Translations under genes and position numbers: made by a program
Notes under the pieces: model-generated
The model's database searches: none
What the model was told of the DNA's origin: nothing
What the model saw: only the letters and a program-made list of their open reading frames with translations
NCBI GenBank assembly: GCA_965221905.1
Contig: OZ244922.1
Span: 576,001-640,000, forward strand
Origin: Chloroflexota bacterium
Lineage (GTDB): Bacteria > Chloroflexota > UBA11872 > VXOZ01
Direction of reading: 5' to 3'
DNA length: 64,000 nt
Part shown: positions 62,368 to 64,000 of the stretch, one piece after another
How positions within the stretch are numbered: position 1 is the first letter of the stretch
Layout of the letters: each line of letters begins with the position of its first letter

Positions 62368-62505
62368 GTAGGGGCGGTTCGCGAACCGCCCCTACAGCCT
62401 TCCAATTTTCACCTAATGGGGTGTAAATTTATTGGGGTGTATATTGGTCCGTTTGTGGTGAGCGCTTCGATTAGCTCAGCAAAGGCTTGTCGAACCATGA
62501 ACGGC
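62368..62505. repeat. REP elements beside the IS110
   Basis: GTAGGGGCGGTTCGCGAACCGCCCCTAC palindrome and a CCGTTTGTGGTGAGC...GTCGAACCATGAACGG copy. Confidence 0.75.
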
Positions 62506-62617
62506 AATTGGGTTCTAATTGCTCGCGCACGCATTCAGGGGCTATTCATTCAAAGGAAATACGTGGCGGGCCGGACGAGGGTTTGCTGCATTCCCCGCGT
62601 TACTATCTGAAGCCAAG

Positions 62618-63142
62618 CTACAGCCCGCCCCCGCAGGTGTTGGCGGCCCACAGCCCTCGTCCTACGGCGCGCGCCTCTGCCTCCGCCGCTTGGAACATCT
62701 GCTGGTACCGGTACGGCACACTGTACGTGAACTCCCGCGCGTAGCCCTGGCGAACCATCCACTCGTTGAAGAGCACGTCGCCCACCCACACGAACGCCAG
62801 CAGCCGGTCGTAACGATCGCGCCGGCCTTGCGACGCGTCGAATTCCAAGCGCACCGCCTTTCCAGCGAGCAACTCCTTGGCCTTGGCGCTGGCTTCAGGG
62901 CCAAAGCACTGTACGGGCCTCCCCGGCGCATTCGTTTCCGGCGCGTCTATGCCGATCAAGCGCACAGACTCGACTACGCCACGCATGCGTACTTTGATAG
63001 TATCGCCGTCCACAACCGAGACAATGGGGGAGGTACCGTCTGGATTGCCACACGTCCGCTGCGCTACAACAGCAATGAGTAGCGCGATAGTGAGAAGGAC
63101 AAGAGTGCGCCCGCGCAAAATGCCCCTCACGCGCCTCCTCAT
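62618..63142 (-). CDS. Thermonuclease (SNase-like) with N-terminal membrane/signal segment
   Basis: VVDGDTI, VRLIGIDAPE, DRYDRLLA.V, GRGLW. Confidence 0.92.
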   Translation of the reverse strand: MRRRVRGILRGRTLVLLTIALLIAVVAQRTCGNPDGTSPIVSVVDGDTIKVRMRGVVESVRLIGIDAPETNAPGRPVQCFGPEASAKAKELLAGKAVRLEFDASQGRRDRYDRLLAFVWVGDVLFNEWMVRQGYAREFTYSVPYRYQQMFQAAEAEARAVGRGLWAANTCGGGL

Positions 63143-63829
63143 ATAACGCCGCCTGCGTGCCTTCAGCAACTTTCAAGCCTCCCACCACAGATATTCAATT
63201 GCCAATAGTAGCAGCAATGTGCAGAAGTGGCATGAATGGGCACCGCAAGCCCCGGTTAGATTCACCATCTGTGGAAAGGGAGTTGCAAACGAGGGCACCG
63301 ACCCCGCGCAAGCCCCGCCACTGGTCGAGTGTACTCCGCATCCTGTGGAAACGCTGGTGTAGCCGCCCACTCGCCTTATGCCATGAGATAGGGCCTCGAG
63401 CTTTATACTTCAGTTGAGAATCCCTACTGGCAGTCTCTAGAGTCTTGCCATGCCAAGAAGCCCAGTACGCCGGCGAGACTTTACACCGCGATTTCCAAAG
63501 TGCTACCGTAAAGATTGAGCAATACTACAACAAATGAAGTAATGCGGCGGCGTCACAGGCGGGAGTCGGCGTGGCGCGCCGCAAGGGACGGGGCTCTTGG
63601 CTTTCCCAATGGATACCTTTGCACAACTTGGGTCGAATGTGCAGAGTCCCCTCTCCCTCAATGGAAAGGGCTAGAGCCTGCCCCGTACTTGATACGGGGG
63701 TGAGGATGGACTCTATCCATTACCCTTCGATCCTGCCCGCTTAGTTGAGATGTGCAAAGGTCGCCAAAGAGACTGTTTCCCACCAGTATCATACTTTCGG
63801 CAAGTACAAGAATTGAGAGGCTTTAGAAC

Positions 63830-64000
63830 ATGGCTGTAAACGGAACCCCCCAGACTGACGACTTGGTTAACGCGCTGCGCGTTGTGCAGGACCCCGATCT
63901 GCATAAAGACATCGTTACGCTGAACATGGTGCGTGAAATGACCTACGAGAAAGGCACGGCGGCCTTTCAGTTAGTATTGACTACCCCCGCGTGCCCGATG
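63830..64000 (+). CDS. Mrp/NBP35 (ApbC)-type Fe-S carrier protein, N-terminal part only
   Basis: Manual translation MAVNGTPQTDDLVNALRVVQDPDLHKDIVTLNMV...LVLTTPACPM matches the N-terminal FeS-assembly domain. Confidence 0.8.
   Translation, partial: MAVNGTPQTDDLVNALRVVQDPDLHKDIVTLNMVREMTYEKGTAAFQLVLTTPACPM

Noticed and set aside
63157-63417. Small Cys/Gly-rich ORFs as a peptide precursor
   Set aside because: No clear RBS, no modifying enzymes nearby, conflicting overlapping frames

Overview
High-GC bacterial chromosomal window. The gene styles, REP families and TPR/small coiled-coil proteins suggest a Chloroflexota-like lineage, possibly host-associated, but that is inference only. Housekeeping genes are a divergent groEL (partial), groES, coaBC, coaX, fumC, pabB plus a class IV aminotransferase, a dksA-like gene, comEA, tyrS and a partial mrp. 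They are interleaved with many catabolic enzymes (Gfo/Idh/MocA, SDR, SMP-30, PhyH, sulfatase-like, hydrolases). Accessory inserts are a two-gene DUF1828-type cassette between coaX and coaBC, a PLD-nuclease plus two-methyltransferase restriction-modification island, an orphan antitoxin, three tandem GT-C-like membrane glycosyltransferase paralogs (one frameshifted), small coiled-coil/TM cassettes and a TPR protein with a recent 120-bp repeat expansion. Intergenic regions are dense in several REP-like palindrome families. The best-supported highlight is a complete IS110 element (61183-62336) inserted into a REP hairpin. Its duplicated CT core, circle-junction promoter and a bridge RNA whose guides match its own insertion site and donor junction can all be read from the sequence. 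No rRNA, tRNA or CRISPR array was seen.
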